Source: Verrucomicrobiota bacterium (lineage in GTDB: Bacteria > Verrucomicrobiota > Verrucomicrobiia > Limisphaerales > Palsa-1400). From it: a DNA stretch of 64,000 bases. The notes beneath the pieces are model-generated. The model made no database searches. It was not told the origin of the DNA and saw only the letters and a list, made by a program, of their open reading frames with translations. The translations under genes and the position numbers were made by a program. Location of the stretch: NCBI GenBank assembly GCA_049510745.1, contig JBEKYR010000003.1:128001-192000 (forward strand), written 5' to 3'. Shown here in pieces: positions 10,336 through 20,800 of the stretch; positions within the stretch are counted from its first letter, which is position 1; the number at the start of each line of letters is the position of its first letter.

Positions 10336-12729
10336 ATGAAGCACCCTTTCCATCTCCTGTCTCTTTGTGCCCTCGGCGCGCTGTGCGCGGGCGACTTGGT
10401 GGCCGGCCAAGTGCCGCCCCTGCCCGAAGAACCCAGTCGGCGCCTCGCGCCTCAGGAGACGCCAATCTCGGCGGACGAGATACTGCGCCGAGCCTTGGAC
10501 GCCCGCGGCGGGGAGACTGCCGCCGCGCGCATTCAGTCCTTCCACTGCAAGGGCACTGTGGATGTCGCCCAGGGTGTGCGGGGTGACTTTGAATTCTTCG
10601 CCGCCCGGCCCAATCAGGCGCGCGCGATTTACGACTTCGGGGCCGGCAACCGATTCGAAATCGCCTTCGATGGCCAGACGGCTTGGGAAGCCCAACCGGG
10701 GAGCGCCCCGGAAGCGCAAAGCGGCGAGAAGCTGCGGGAAAGCCGGGACGGGGCGGCGTGGTTCGCATCCTCTTATGATGACCCGCGCGCTTACCGCTCG
10801 GTGGCGTACGCCGGGGAAACCTTGTTCGAAGGCGCGAGATGCTACGAGTTGAAGCTGATCACCAAGTCGGACCGCGAAGAGACGCATTACTATAACGCGA
10901 GTAATTATCTCCTGGCCGGCGTGTTGAAGAGGGTCACTGTCGAGACTAAACCGACTTGGCTCATATTGAGCTTTCTGGAATACCGGAAGTTTGCCGGCTT
11001 CCGGTTCCCGACGCGCTTCCGCTACCGTATGGAAGAATCTGAGTGGGTGATCCGTGTGAACTCGGTCCAGGTGAATTGCGTAAACGGCGCAGCGTTCAAA
11101 ATGCCCGCGGCCGCCAAGGCGGATTCCAAAGCCGCCGAGCCGTCCGCCGCGCTGTCCGATGCCGAGATCAAAACCATCCTTCAAGACCGCATCGATGCCG
11201 ACAAGCTCGGCGTCGGCTTGGTGGCCGGGCTGGTCGATGCCCAGGGAAGCCGGGTCATCAGTTGTGGCAAGTTGGATAACGGGAACAGCCCGGAAGTGAA
11301 CGGGGACACGCTCTTCGAGATCGGCTCGATTACCAAGGTGTTTACCCGCCTGCTGCTCCATGACATGGTCGCGCGCGGAGAGATGAACCTGGACGATCCG
11401 GTGCAAAAGTACCTGCCGGCCTCCGCGCGGATGCCCACCCGCCACGGCAAGCAGATTACCTTGTGGGACCTGACCACGCACACCTCGGGGCTGCCACGCG
11501 ACATGGACGGCCCCTGTACCGTCGAGCATCTCTACGCCTTCCTCGCGAGTCACAAACTCCGCCGCGATCCCGGCGAGGAGTTCGAGTATTCCAACGTCGG
11601 CATGGCGCTGCTGGGCCACGTGATTGCCTTAAAAGCGGGCCAGGATTATGAGACGCTGGTCCGCGAGCGGATTTGCCGTCCGCTGAAGATGGACAGCACG
11701 GCCATCACTCTGACGCCCGAACTCCAGGCGCGCCGGGCCGTCGGCCATGCCCCCGCCAGCCAGCCCGCGGACTACATCGGCCTCCAGGCCCTTCCTGGCG
11801 CCGGCGCCTTGTTCTCGACGGCCAATGACATGCTCAAGTTCGCTTCCGCCAGACTGGGCTTGACCCCATTTGCGCTCACGCCGCTGATGAAGAAGACCAA
11901 CGGCGGCCATGACGGCGGCACCTTCGGATTCAGCACGATGCTCGCCTTTGATCAAAAACAGAGCCGCGCCCTGGTGGTGCTGTCCAATTGCCGGGAGGAT
12001 AGTCTGATGGACCACCTCAGGTCCCTGCTGAAAAACCAGTCTCCCAAGCCGCCCCGAACCGCGCCGGTTGGCGCCAAGGTCTGTGACCAATACCTCGGCC
12101 AATACTATTCCGATCACCGCGTCTGGACCGTGCGCCGCGAGGGCGGCCGCTTGCTGTTGCAAGAATGGGGGAAACCGGGCTGCGAGCTGTTCCCGCAATC
12201 GGAAACCAACTTCTACAATCAATTGTTTGACTGCCGGGCCGCGTTCGTCCGCGACGACAGCACCGGCCGGGCCAGGGAGCTGATCATCGGCGGCTGGCGC
12301 GGCGCGAAAATCCCCGGCCAGATTCTCCAACCGTCCGCTTCCCCCTTGGCCGAAGGCGATTGTCCGCCGCGCGAGGATTCCGACCTGCAAGGCGTTTGGA
12401 AGGCGACGTTGCGGCCCTGGTACTGGCCGTTCTTCACGGCGCATCTTACGGTCAGGATTGCCGAGCCGTCGCCGGGCGCATTCCGGGCGGAAGCGGACAG
12501 CCCCGACCAGGGCGCAACGGGTATAACGCTGGGCGTAATCTACGACCGTCCCACCGTGGAGGTGTTGGCCCCTTCAGTTGACAGCTCATTCCAAGGGAGG
12601 GTAAATCCGGCCCACACCAAAGTGACGGGGCACTGGAAGCAAGACGGTCATTCAATCCGCGTGACCTTTCGGCGCGCGAGGCCAACGCCGGACCCGCGCC
12701 AGACGCATCCCCCCAAGCGGGCGCGGTGA
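10336..12729 (+). CDS. Secreted serine hydrolase (class C beta-lactamase/PBP-like family) with an extra N-terminal LolA-like domain
   Basis: SxxK (FEIGSITK), LTTHTSGL, YSN and HDG motifs; signal peptide; N-terminal ADEILRRALDARGG domain. Confidence 0.8.
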   Translation: MKHPFHLLSLCALGALCAGDLVAGQVPPLPEEPSRRLAPQETPISADEILRRALDARGGETAAARIQSFHCKGTVDVAQGVRGDFEFFAARPNQARAIYDFGAGNRFEIAFDGQTAWEAQPGSAPEAQSGEKLRESRDGAAWFASSYDDPRAYRSVAYAGETLFEGARCYELKLITKSDREETHYYNASNYLLAGVLKRVTVETKPTWLILSFLEYRKFAGFRFPTRFRYRMEESEWVIRVNSVQVNCVNGAAFKMPAAAKADSKAAEPSAALSDAEIKTILQDRIDADKLGVGLVAGLVDAQGSRVISCGKLDNGNSPEVNGDTLFEIGSITKVFTRLLLHDMVARGEMNLDDPVQKYLPASARMPTRHGKQITLWDLTTHTSGLPRDMDGPCTVEHLYAFLASHKLRRDPGEEFEYSNVGMALLGHVIALKAGQDYETLVRERICRPLKMDSTAITLTPELQARRAVGHAPASQPADYIGLQALPGAGALFSTANDMLKFASARLGLTPFALTPLMKKTNGGHDGGTFGFSTMLAFDQKQSRALVVLSNCREDSLMDHLRSLLKNQSPKPPRTAPVGAKVCDQYLGQYYSDHRVWTVRREGGRLLLQEWGKPGCELFPQSETNFYNQLFDCRAAFVRDDSTGRARELIIGGWRGAKIPGQILQPSASPLAEGDCPPREDSDLQGVWKATLRPWYWPFFTAHLTVRIAEPSPGAFRAEADSPDQGATGITLGVIYDRPTVEVLAPSVDSSFQGRVNPAHTKVTGHWKQDGHSIRVTFRRARPTPDPRQTHPPKRAR

Positions 12730-12756
12730 ATCGGCCAGGGGCGCGGGCAGCGGGCT

Positions 12757-13833
12757 TTAACCGGTTGGGTCGTGCGCCTGATACCAGTTGCGGGAGGAGT
12801 TGCACATTTTGCAGACCGAAAGCATCACGGGCACCTCCACCAGCACGCCAACCACGCAGGCAAGAGCCGCGCCGGAGCTTGGACCAAAGAGCGTGATGGC
12901 CACGGCGACTGCCAGCTCGAAAAAGTTGCTCGCGCCGATCAGGGCGCCGGGCGCGGCGACGTCGTGCCGCACTTTGAACCAGCGCATCAAAAGGTAGGTG
13001 AGGCTGGAATTGAAATAGACCTGAATCGAGATCGGGATGGCCAGCAGAATGACCGCGAACCATTTCGTCGTCAGGTTTTCGGCTTGGAACGCGAAGATGA
13101 GGGCCAGCGTCAGGAGCAGCGCCCCAATCATGAGCGGATGAAATCTCGGCAGGAATTCCCTCTCAAACCATTCCTTGCCATGCGATTTGAGCAACAGCGT
13201 GCGCGTCAGCCAGCCCGCCGTCAACGGAATGACGATGAACACCACCACTGAAGTGATCAGCACCTTCGGTGGAACAATCACCTTCGCCACGCCGCACAGG
13301 AACATGACGATGGGCGCAAATGCGACGAGCATTATCAGGTCGTTCACCGCCACCTGCACCAGCGTGTAGGCGGGGTCGCCGTCGGTCAGGTAGGACCAGA
13401 CAAACACCATCGCCGTGCAGGGCGCCGCCGCGAGGATGATGAGGCCGGCGGTGTAGTTCCTCGCCGTCTCCGGATCAACCCACGCCGCGAAGACATGCCG
13501 CATAAACACCCACGCCAGCAGCGCCATGCTGAACGGTTTGACCAGCCAATTGACGAACAAGGTCACCATCAGTCCCTTGGGCCTCTTGGCTATGCCGCCG
13601 AGGGCGCTGAAATCCACTTTGAGCATCATCGGATAAATCATCAGCCACAGTAACACCCCAATCGGCACGTTGACTTGTGAGCCTTGGCCAAACTCCAGTT
13701 TGCTCAGGCTGGACGTGACGCCGGGCAGCCATTTGCCGAAGGCGACGCCCACGGCCATGCAGACCAGCACCCACACGGTGAGGTAGCGCTCGAAGAAAGC
13801 CAGACGTTTGGGGGCGGCAGTGGGTGTGGACAT
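12757..13833 (-). CDS. acr3: ACR3 family arsenite efflux transporter
   Basis: FFERYLTVWV, MIYPMM, NWLVKPF, APCTAMVFVW, GASNFFELAVA and GVLVEVPVML motifs. Confidence 0.96.
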   Translation of the reverse strand: MSTPTAAPKRLAFFERYLTVWVLVCMAVGVAFGKWLPGVTSSLSKLEFGQGSQVNVPIGVLLWLMIYPMMLKVDFSALGGIAKRPKGLMVTLFVNWLVKPFSMALLAWVFMRHVFAAWVDPETARNYTAGLIILAAAPCTAMVFVWSYLTDGDPAYTLVQVAVNDLIMLVAFAPIVMFLCGVAKVIVPPKVLITSVVVFIVIPLTAGWLTRTLLLKSHGKEWFEREFLPRFHPLMIGALLLTLALIFAFQAENLTTKWFAVILLAIPISIQVYFNSSLTYLLMRWFKVRHDVAAPGALIGASNFFELAVAVAITLFGPSSGAALACVVGVLVEVPVMLSVCKMCNSSRNWYQAHDPTG

Positions 13834-13930
13834 GGTTCGGTTCTTTGTTGCGGTTCAACTGGCCGGGTGGCCGTCGCGCCGCCCAAAAACCAATAAGCGG
13901 TTCGTGCAAGGGCGCGCTGGGCAGTCATTC

Positions 13931-14383
13931 CTAATCTTGATCTTGACAAGCCGCCTGGCTGCACACTTCGCGGCACCATTGTTCGATTCTTTCCTTGATG
14001 GCATCGCGGACTTGGCGGGTCTCGCTGAGAATCTGTTCGTGCGTGCCCCGGAAGCTCGACGGGTCGGCAAAACTCCAGCGCAGGCGCGTGGTGACGCCGG
14101 GGAAAATCGGGCAGCGTTCCGTGCTCGCCGCGTCGCAAACCGAAATGACGTGCGAAAACAGTTTGCCCGATTTGAACATATCGAAAACCGACTTGGTCCG
14201 GTTGCCCGAAATATCCATTCCAATCTCGCGCATCACCTCAACAGCAACGGGGTTGAGTTTGCCGGGTTCGAGGCCCGCGCTGTGAACCTCGAATTGCTCC
14301 CCGCACATTTGAGTGAGAAAAGCCTCAGCCATTTGGCTGCGGGCGCTGTTGTGGATGCAAATGAAGAGGACTTTCTTTTTCAT
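13931..14383 (-). CDS. arsC: Arsenate reductase (LMW-PTP/thioredoxin type)
   Basis: VLFICIHNSARSQMAE P-loop, then VC...CPIFPG...W.FADP. Confidence 0.93.
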   Translation of the reverse strand: MKKKVLFICIHNSARSQMAEAFLTQMCGEQFEVHSAGLEPGKLNPVAVEVMREIGMDISGNRTKSVFDMFKSGKLFSHVISVCDAASTERCPIFPGVTTRLRWSFADPSSFRGTHEQILSETRQVRDAIKERIEQWCREVCSQAACQDQD

Positions 14384-14412
14384 AGGCTGGCTGCCGGCTT
14401 CAGTGACCCGCG

Positions 14413-14793
14413 TCAGGTTTCCGTGCCTTTCGATTTGCCGCCGGCCTGGGTGGCGTGCTCAACCCAGGCGCATTCGCACCGCATCTTTTTGAGCCGCCTT
14501 AAATCCTGGCGGAAGATGGGATGGGATTGCACGCAGTCCTGCAAACAGCGCAATTGCAAGTCAAGTTCCTCGGGCGCCGGTTCCGCAAGCCGGTAGATCA
14601 TCCATTTTCCGTGGCGTCGCGCCGCCACAATGCCTTTGGCCCGCAAGTAAGCCAGGTGTTTGGAAACGGCAACCTGGGGCAATTCCAGAATATCCTGGAA
14701 ATGGCAGACGCAAAGCGGGCCTTGAGTCAATAGATGGAGTATGCGAAGGCGGGTCTCATCGCAGAGGCAGCGGTAAATTTGCAGGAGCTTCAT
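14413..14793 (-). CDS. arsR: ArsR/SmtB metalloregulator
   Basis: DETRLRIL...LCVCH...VSKHLAYLR..G.V..RR.GKW..YRL. Confidence 0.9.
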   Translation of the reverse strand: MKLLQIYRCLCDETRLRILHLLTQGPLCVCHFQDILELPQVAVSKHLAYLRAKGIVAARRHGKWMIYRLAEPAPEELDLQLRCLQDCVQSHPIFRQDLRRLKKMRCECAWVEHATQAGGKSKGTET

Positions 14794-14803
14794 AAACGCA
14801 TTA

Positions 14804-14834
14804 AACATATACCGTATAGGGTATATGTTGTCAA
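14804..14834 (-). promoter_or_regulatory. ars promoter with ArsR operator
   Basis: Perfect 10-bp inverted repeat AACATATACC-n6-GGTATATGTT (14804-14829) abutting a minus-strand TTGACA (14834-14829). Confidence 0.75.
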
Positions 14835-15087
14835 CCGTCCCGATGTTGCGCAACCGGGATTATTCCGGCTCGATCCAAGTTACGTCTTTGCAACAAGTCT
14901 TCGGGAAAGCAGCCACGCCTGCTTCTCTTCATCCCTAACAGTTTGGCGCCGAGCCTCTTGCGAAGATTTTGCGCGCGTCTTAAACCAGCGTAAGCGTGTC
15001 CGAAAACAGGATGCGCGGCTTCCCGCTGCCCTGCTAGATTCACGGTCTCTAACGACAGAGAACAAAATCGAAACCGAAAACTGAAAT

Positions 15088-16275
15088 ATGAAATCAATCA
15101 AAACATTGATGGCGGGCTTGCTCGCCTTGTCCGCCGCCAGCATCGCCGACGCTCAAACCGTGGTTCACATCACCGGCTCCACCGCGTTCCGCGCCGCGAC
15201 CGTCACCGCCATTACTCACATTCTCCAGCCGGGCTTCACCTACGGCTATGCGGGCAGTTCTTTCACGGGGGCCAACCAGGCGATATTCACCGGCCATACC
15301 ATCACCAACAACATTTCCGTCATTATCAAGACTTCTTGGTCCGGTTCCGTCGGCGGGGTGCAAACCGTGTCGCAACAACTGCCCGTTTCCACCTGGCTGA
15401 CCAACACCACGCCGCAAAGCACTGGCGGAACCTCCGGCGCTCCGGCCGTCTATGATCCGCCCGCGGTCCCTGAAGTTTGCATGTCGGACGTATATCAATC
15501 CTCCACGCCCTATGCCACTCCGGCCCTCACCGAATCCATCGTCGGCATCGTGCCCTTCGAGTTTGTGCGCAACAATGGCGCCCCGGCCACGCTGACCAAC
15601 CTGACGCCCAACCTCGCGCAGGCTATGTGGCTTAACGGGAGTCTTCCCCTGGCCCTTTTCACCGGATCGCCCAGTGATGAGGGGACGAGGGTTTTTGCCA
15701 CGGGCCGCGACGCCGATTCCGGCACCCGTATGACCGCGTTCGCCGAGACCGGCGTGGGAGTTTTCACCGCGGTCGAGCAGTACGTTCCCACCAATAGTTC
15801 GGGCGCAATTATCTCCCGGACGGCCGCCGGCCCCGTCGCCGGCCAAAAGTTCTATCCCGCCGAGACGATCAACGGCATCTTCTATGATGTCGGACAAGGA
15901 GGCTACTCCAGCGGCGGCGACCTTGCGGTGGCGATGGAACAAACCACCGGCGCGGCCCTAGGCGGCTACTACGTGACCTATTTGGGCCTTTCCGACGCCA
16001 ACACAGCGATCAGCGGCGGCGCGGCGCCGATTATGTGGAACGGAGTCGCGTACAGCCCAACGGCTGTTGAGGAAGGCCAGTACACTTTCTGGGGCTATGA
16101 GCATTTGGATTACCGGAGCAACTACGGCACGCTCGATGCCAATGGCCAGGCTGTGGCGGATCAACTCGCCGGCCAAATCCTGGGCACGGATGCCGTCGCG
16201 TCGTCCGGCCTGCTCCTCTCCTCCATGCGCGTCAGCCGGCCAACGGACGGCGGACTTGTCACACCCAATTACTGA
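15088..16275 (+). CDS. Secreted divergent PstS/DING-like substrate-binding protein
   Basis: Signal peptide (ADA|Q). Motifs in PstS-like order: ITGSTAF, SGSVGG, MSD and RDADSGTR. Confidence 0.6.
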   Translation: MKSIKTLMAGLLALSAASIADAQTVVHITGSTAFRAATVTAITHILQPGFTYGYAGSSFTGANQAIFTGHTITNNISVIIKTSWSGSVGGVQTVSQQLPVSTWLTNTTPQSTGGTSGAPAVYDPPAVPEVCMSDVYQSSTPYATPALTESIVGIVPFEFVRNNGAPATLTNLTPNLAQAMWLNGSLPLALFTGSPSDEGTRVFATGRDADSGTRMTAFAETGVGVFTAVEQYVPTNSSGAIISRTAAGPVAGQKFYPAETINGIFYDVGQGGYSSGGDLAVAMEQTTGAALGGYYVTYLGLSDANTAISGGAAPIMWNGVAYSPTAVEEGQYTFWGYEHLDYRSNYGTLDANGQAVADQLAGQILGTDAVASSGLLLSSMRVSRPTDGGLVTPNY

Positions 16276-16333
16276 GCGTTACCGGAGGATGATGTGATTT
16301 ACACCAGATTATTCTCAAGAACTCTTCAAAATT

Positions 16334-17347
16334 ATGAAATTGAATTTTCATCGAATGTCAGTCTTTCTGTGGTCCGTGGCCGGTTCGCTTGGACTCCTTC
16401 AGAGCGTCCAGGCCAACACGCCCATCTTCGTTTACACTAATCGCGACGTGATGGTGACGTTTCGCAAAACGGGCGCGGACGGCGGTACGACCGCCCCGAA
16501 TGACCTGGAGGTCAACATCGGACAGGTCTCGACCTACTACAGCGCGACGCCCGGAAGCAGGATCACCATCAGCCAATTCAGCACGTCCCAAATCGCGGCC
16601 ACCTTTGACAGCCTGAACGACCTGTCCTGGTCTGTGGCCGCCTTTGTTCCAGGCACCGGGGACAACGGCGATCCGACCGTTCCGGTCAAGACGTTGTGGG
16701 CGACCGCGCCGCGGCTTGACCCGTCAACTCCGGCTGCGTCGTGGGTGCGCAAAAGTTCAAGCGCCCAGGGCGCCACGGCTGGCGAAATGAATTCCGTCCT
16801 GCAGAACGCCTCCTTCTACAGCGGCACCATCGCCGCCGACCCCGTCAACAACACCGCCAGCGAGGTGGTTGTTCCTGTCGGCAGCGGCCATGAAGCCGGC
16901 GCCTTCCTGGCAACGTTGGGAAACTACAAGAACACGTTCCAGGGAGACGTCGAGAACACCACGCCGCCCACCTTCACCACCGACGGCGTGTCCTCGCGCT
17001 CGGATTTCTACCAACTTTATCCCGACAACACCGGCACCCAGCCGGCCGGCGCGTATCTGGGATATTTTGAGTTGGAAACCAACGGAGTGCTGGTGTTCGT
17101 GGCGGGCGCCCCCACCTTTCCGGCGCCGACGCTGACCGCAAGCGTCAGCGGCAATGTCAGCACGATCTCGTTTCCGACCGTCACCGGCGGCACTTACACG
17201 CTCTATTACACAAATGAGGTGGGCCTGACCGCGCCGGTCTCGACTTGGCCGTCGGTCTCCACCAATATCAGCGGCAATGGGTCCGTCCAGTCGTTCCAGC
17301 AAACCTCGACCGACCCGATCCGTTTTTATACGGTGGGGGTCCATTGA
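16334..17347 (+). CDS. Secreted S/T-rich protein with a roughly 75-aa C-terminal beta domain ending RFYTV
   Basis: Signal peptide (VQA|N), T/S/G-rich composition, and a Pro linker before the final domain. Confidence 0.75.
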   Translation: MKLNFHRMSVFLWSVAGSLGLLQSVQANTPIFVYTNRDVMVTFRKTGADGGTTAPNDLEVNIGQVSTYYSATPGSRITISQFSTSQIAATFDSLNDLSWSVAAFVPGTGDNGDPTVPVKTLWATAPRLDPSTPAASWVRKSSSAQGATAGEMNSVLQNASFYSGTIAADPVNNTASEVVVPVGSGHEAGAFLATLGNYKNTFQGDVENTTPPTFTTDGVSSRSDFYQLYPDNTGTQPAGAYLGYFELETNGVLVFVAGAPTFPAPTLTASVSGNVSTISFPTVTGGTYTLYYTNEVGLTAPVSTWPSVSTNISGNGSVQSFQQTSTDPIRFYTVGVH

Positions 17348-17399
17348 TGCCGCGGGTCGAAGAATCGCAACCCAACATTCGGGTCTAACGCCAGCCAGC

Positions 17400-17450
17400 G
17401 GGGCGAGCCTGAGGAGGTCGAAGGGACCCAAGGCTCGCCCCGGTTTTTTT
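17400..17450 (+). terminator. Rho-independent terminator
   Basis: GGGGCGAGCCT...AGGCTCGCCCC 11-bp stem followed by GG and T7. Confidence 0.75.
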
Positions 17451-17457
17451 CGCCGGA

Positions 17458-17493
17458 GAGATTGGATTCCACCTCGAGATTGGATTCCACCTC
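17458..17493. repeat. Perfect 18-bp tandem duplication
   Basis: GAGATTGGATTCCACCTC x2; each unit is nearly palindromic. Confidence 0.9.
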
Positions 17494-17816
17494 GAATTTG
17501 AGAGGAGGCTCGTGACAGGGCCGTCTCCTGGTATTCCCTCCAGCGGATCCCTCTAAAACTAAGTGATGCTAATGCAGTTGCGCACATGATGTATTATAGT
17601 TAGAATACCTTATACTTTGATCCATTTTGCCTTTTAAGTTGCAGCAGAACCGGGCTTTGTATATAAAATGCTTTCCGCCTGAACTTTGCCAAGCGAATCT
17701 GCCCGCTCTGACTCGTCCAGACAATTCATTGAGTCCATTTTAAGCGCCGTTCCGTTCATGTTTAATTGAATTTGACTGAAAAGAAGTCTGAGAAAAATCA
17801 AACCGATCCGATTATT

Positions 17817-20800
17817 ATGAAATCTAGACTTCACAATCTGGTCCTCGTGCCGGCCTTGCTGGCGCTCTGCATTCTGCAATCCGCACTCACCACCGCGCGC
17901 GCCCAAGTCACGGCCTTCACCTATCAGGGCAACCTGAGCGACAACGGCCAGCCAGCCAATAACACCTACGACCTGACCTTCACGCTGTGGAACGCCAGCA
18001 GCACCAGCAGCGGCCAGACGGTCGGTGTCACGTTCACCAACTTGAATACGCCGGTGACCAACGGCCTCTTTGCGGTCACGCTGGATTTTAGCGCCAGCCC
18101 GCCGAACCCGCCGGGGACTCCGAACCCGTTCACGGGGGCGCCACTCTGGCTGCAAATCGGGGTGCGCGCCAGCAGCGCGGCGCCGGGCGGGTTGTTCACT
18201 GAGGTGAGTCCTCTGCAACCCATCCAAAGCTCGCCCTACGCCATTTTTGCCACCACGGCGGGCGCGGTCAGCGCGTCGCAATTGACCAGCGCCGGCAACG
18301 GCAATCCTGGCTCGTTTCCCCATTCAATGAGCATGGACAACTTTTTCGTCGGTCCGGCGGGCAATGCAACGATGGGTGGCTCCTACAACACGGCCTTGGG
18401 TGATTTTGCGCTTGCCGCCAACACCTTCGGCCAGGGGAACACGGCCATCGGCACCCATGCGCTGGAACAAAACACAACCGGCATCCGCAACACGGCCGAC
18501 GGCTACTACTCCCTTAACGCCAACACGACCGGCTCCGAGAACACAGGCCTGGGCATGGGTGCGCTGGAGGACTGCACCAACGGCAACAACAATATCGCGA
18601 TTGGCTATGAGGCCGGCGTGAATTTCAACGGGAACGAAAGCAGCAACATTGACATCGGACATTTCGGCGTGCAGGGCGAAAACAACACCATTCGCATCGG
18701 CAGCAGCCAGACCGCCACCTACATCGCGGGCGTCATCTACGGCAACGGCGCCGGGTTGACCAATGTCGGCACGCTGACCTTGCCTCCCACTATAATTACG
18801 AATGGCGAAAGCGGCGTGACCTTGAGCGGCGCTTTCACGGGGAACGGCAGCCAACTGACCAACCTCACGGTCAGCGCCGCGCAATTGATCAGCATCGGCA
18901 ATACCAACGCGGGCGCCTATGGCAACGTCTTCCTCGGTCCGGCGGCGGGCAATGCGACCACCAGCGGCTTTTACAACACGGCCATCGGCGCTAATGCCCT
19001 TGCTGACATCACCAGCGGCAGTGTCAACACGGCTTATGGTGCTTATGCCCTCGCGAACAACACGACCGGCTTCGAGAACGCGGCCATTGGCCACGGGGCG
19101 CTGTTCAACAACACGGACGGCGTCTACAACACAGCCAATGGCGCTTTTGCCCTGTACTCCAACATCGTTTCCGGAAACACGGCCACTGGCAATCATGCCA
19201 TGCAAAACAACGTCTATGGCCAAAACAACACCGCCAATGGCATTGATGCGCTTTACACCGACTTCACCGGCAATTACAACACCGCCGACGGCGCTGACGC
19301 GCTGCAGGGGAACATCAGCGGCTCCTATAATACCGCTCTGGGTTATCTGGCCGGCAGCCTCATCACCACCGGCAGTTCCAACATTGACATCGGCAACACG
19401 GGCTCTGCCAGCGACGCCAACATCATCCGCATCGGCAGCAGTCAGACGACCGCCTACATCGCGGGCGTCATCACCGGCAATGGAGCCGGATTGACCAACA
19501 TCAGCGCGTCGCAATTGCCTGCCGGTTTGGTGACGAACGGCGAAACAAACTTGACCTTGACCGGCACCTTCACCGGCAACGGCGGCGGCTTGACCAATCT
19601 CGGTGCTTCCAGCGGGTCCGAGAACACGGCCATCGGCAATGGTGCCCTTACTGCCAACACGAGCGGCTCCGGCAACACGGCCTATGGCAGTTACGCGCTT
19701 TATTCCACCACGACCGGCTCCGACAACACGGCCGTTGGCGACTCGGCGCTTCCCCGTAACGCCAGCGGCTGGTACAACACGGCCATTGGCAACGCAGCGC
19801 TTCTCCATAACACCAGCGGCAACAACAACACGGCCGATGGATTTGGTGCGCTTGAGGATAACACTAGCGGCAACAACAACACGGCTTTCGGCCGTGACGC
19901 GCTTTGCAATTTGGGCGGTTTGGTGCCCGCAACCCCCAGCGGCTCTAACAACATCGCGCTGGGCTATCAGGCCGGTTTCAGTTTCTCGGGGAACGAAAGC
20001 AGCAACATCGTCATCGGCAACATGGGCTCGCCGGGCGATCAAAACATCATCCGCATTGGCAGCAGCCAGACCGCCTCCTACATCGCGGGCATCTACGGGG
20101 TCAACCCTTCTGCCACCCCCTTGCCAGTGGTGATCAATGCCAATGGGCAGCTTGGCACCGGCACCGTGGGCAACGCTCAATTGGCCAATAGCTCCATAAC
20201 CATAACCGCAGGCACCGGGCTTTCCGGCGGTGGCACGGTGGCGCTGGGCGGGACGATTACACTCAACGCCAACGGCATCGACGTCGGCTCGAATCCGACT
20301 TTTAACGGCACCGTCTCGGCCAATGCCTTCTCGGGCGATGGCAACCAGTTGACCGATCTCAACGCCCAGCAATTGACTAGCGTTGGCAACGGCGGGGGTA
20401 ACTTCTTCGTCGGGCCACACACGGGCAACTCGGCGACGACTGGCTCCGACAACACGGCCGTTGGCGACGGGGCGCTTGTTTTTAACACCAGCGGCTGGTA
20501 CAACACGGCCATTGGCGACTCGGCGCTTCTCAATAACAACAGCGGCAACGGCAACACCGCTATCGGCTTTGGGGCGCTTAGCCAAATGGGCTATCTTGAT
20601 CTCACCCCACTCCCCAGCGGCACGAACAACATCGCCCTGGGGATTTGGTCAGGTTTTAGGTACATGGGGAACGAAAGCAGCAACATCGTCATCGGCAACG
20701 TGGGCTCGATAAACGATCAAAACATCATCCGCATCGGCGACAGCCAGACGGCGGCCTACATCGCGGGCGTCATCACCGGCGACGGCGGCGGTTTGACCAA

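Noticed and set aside
10336..12729. Antibiotic-resistance beta-lactamase
   Set aside because: The motifs define the broad serine hydrolase family only; the substrate cannot be inferred.
15039..15054. Pho-box-like pair before the PstS-like gene (TTCACG/CTAACG)
   Set aside because: 10-bp spacing and poor half-sites.
17458..17493. CRISPR-like repeat
   Set aside because: Only two abutting copies, with no spacers and no cas genes.
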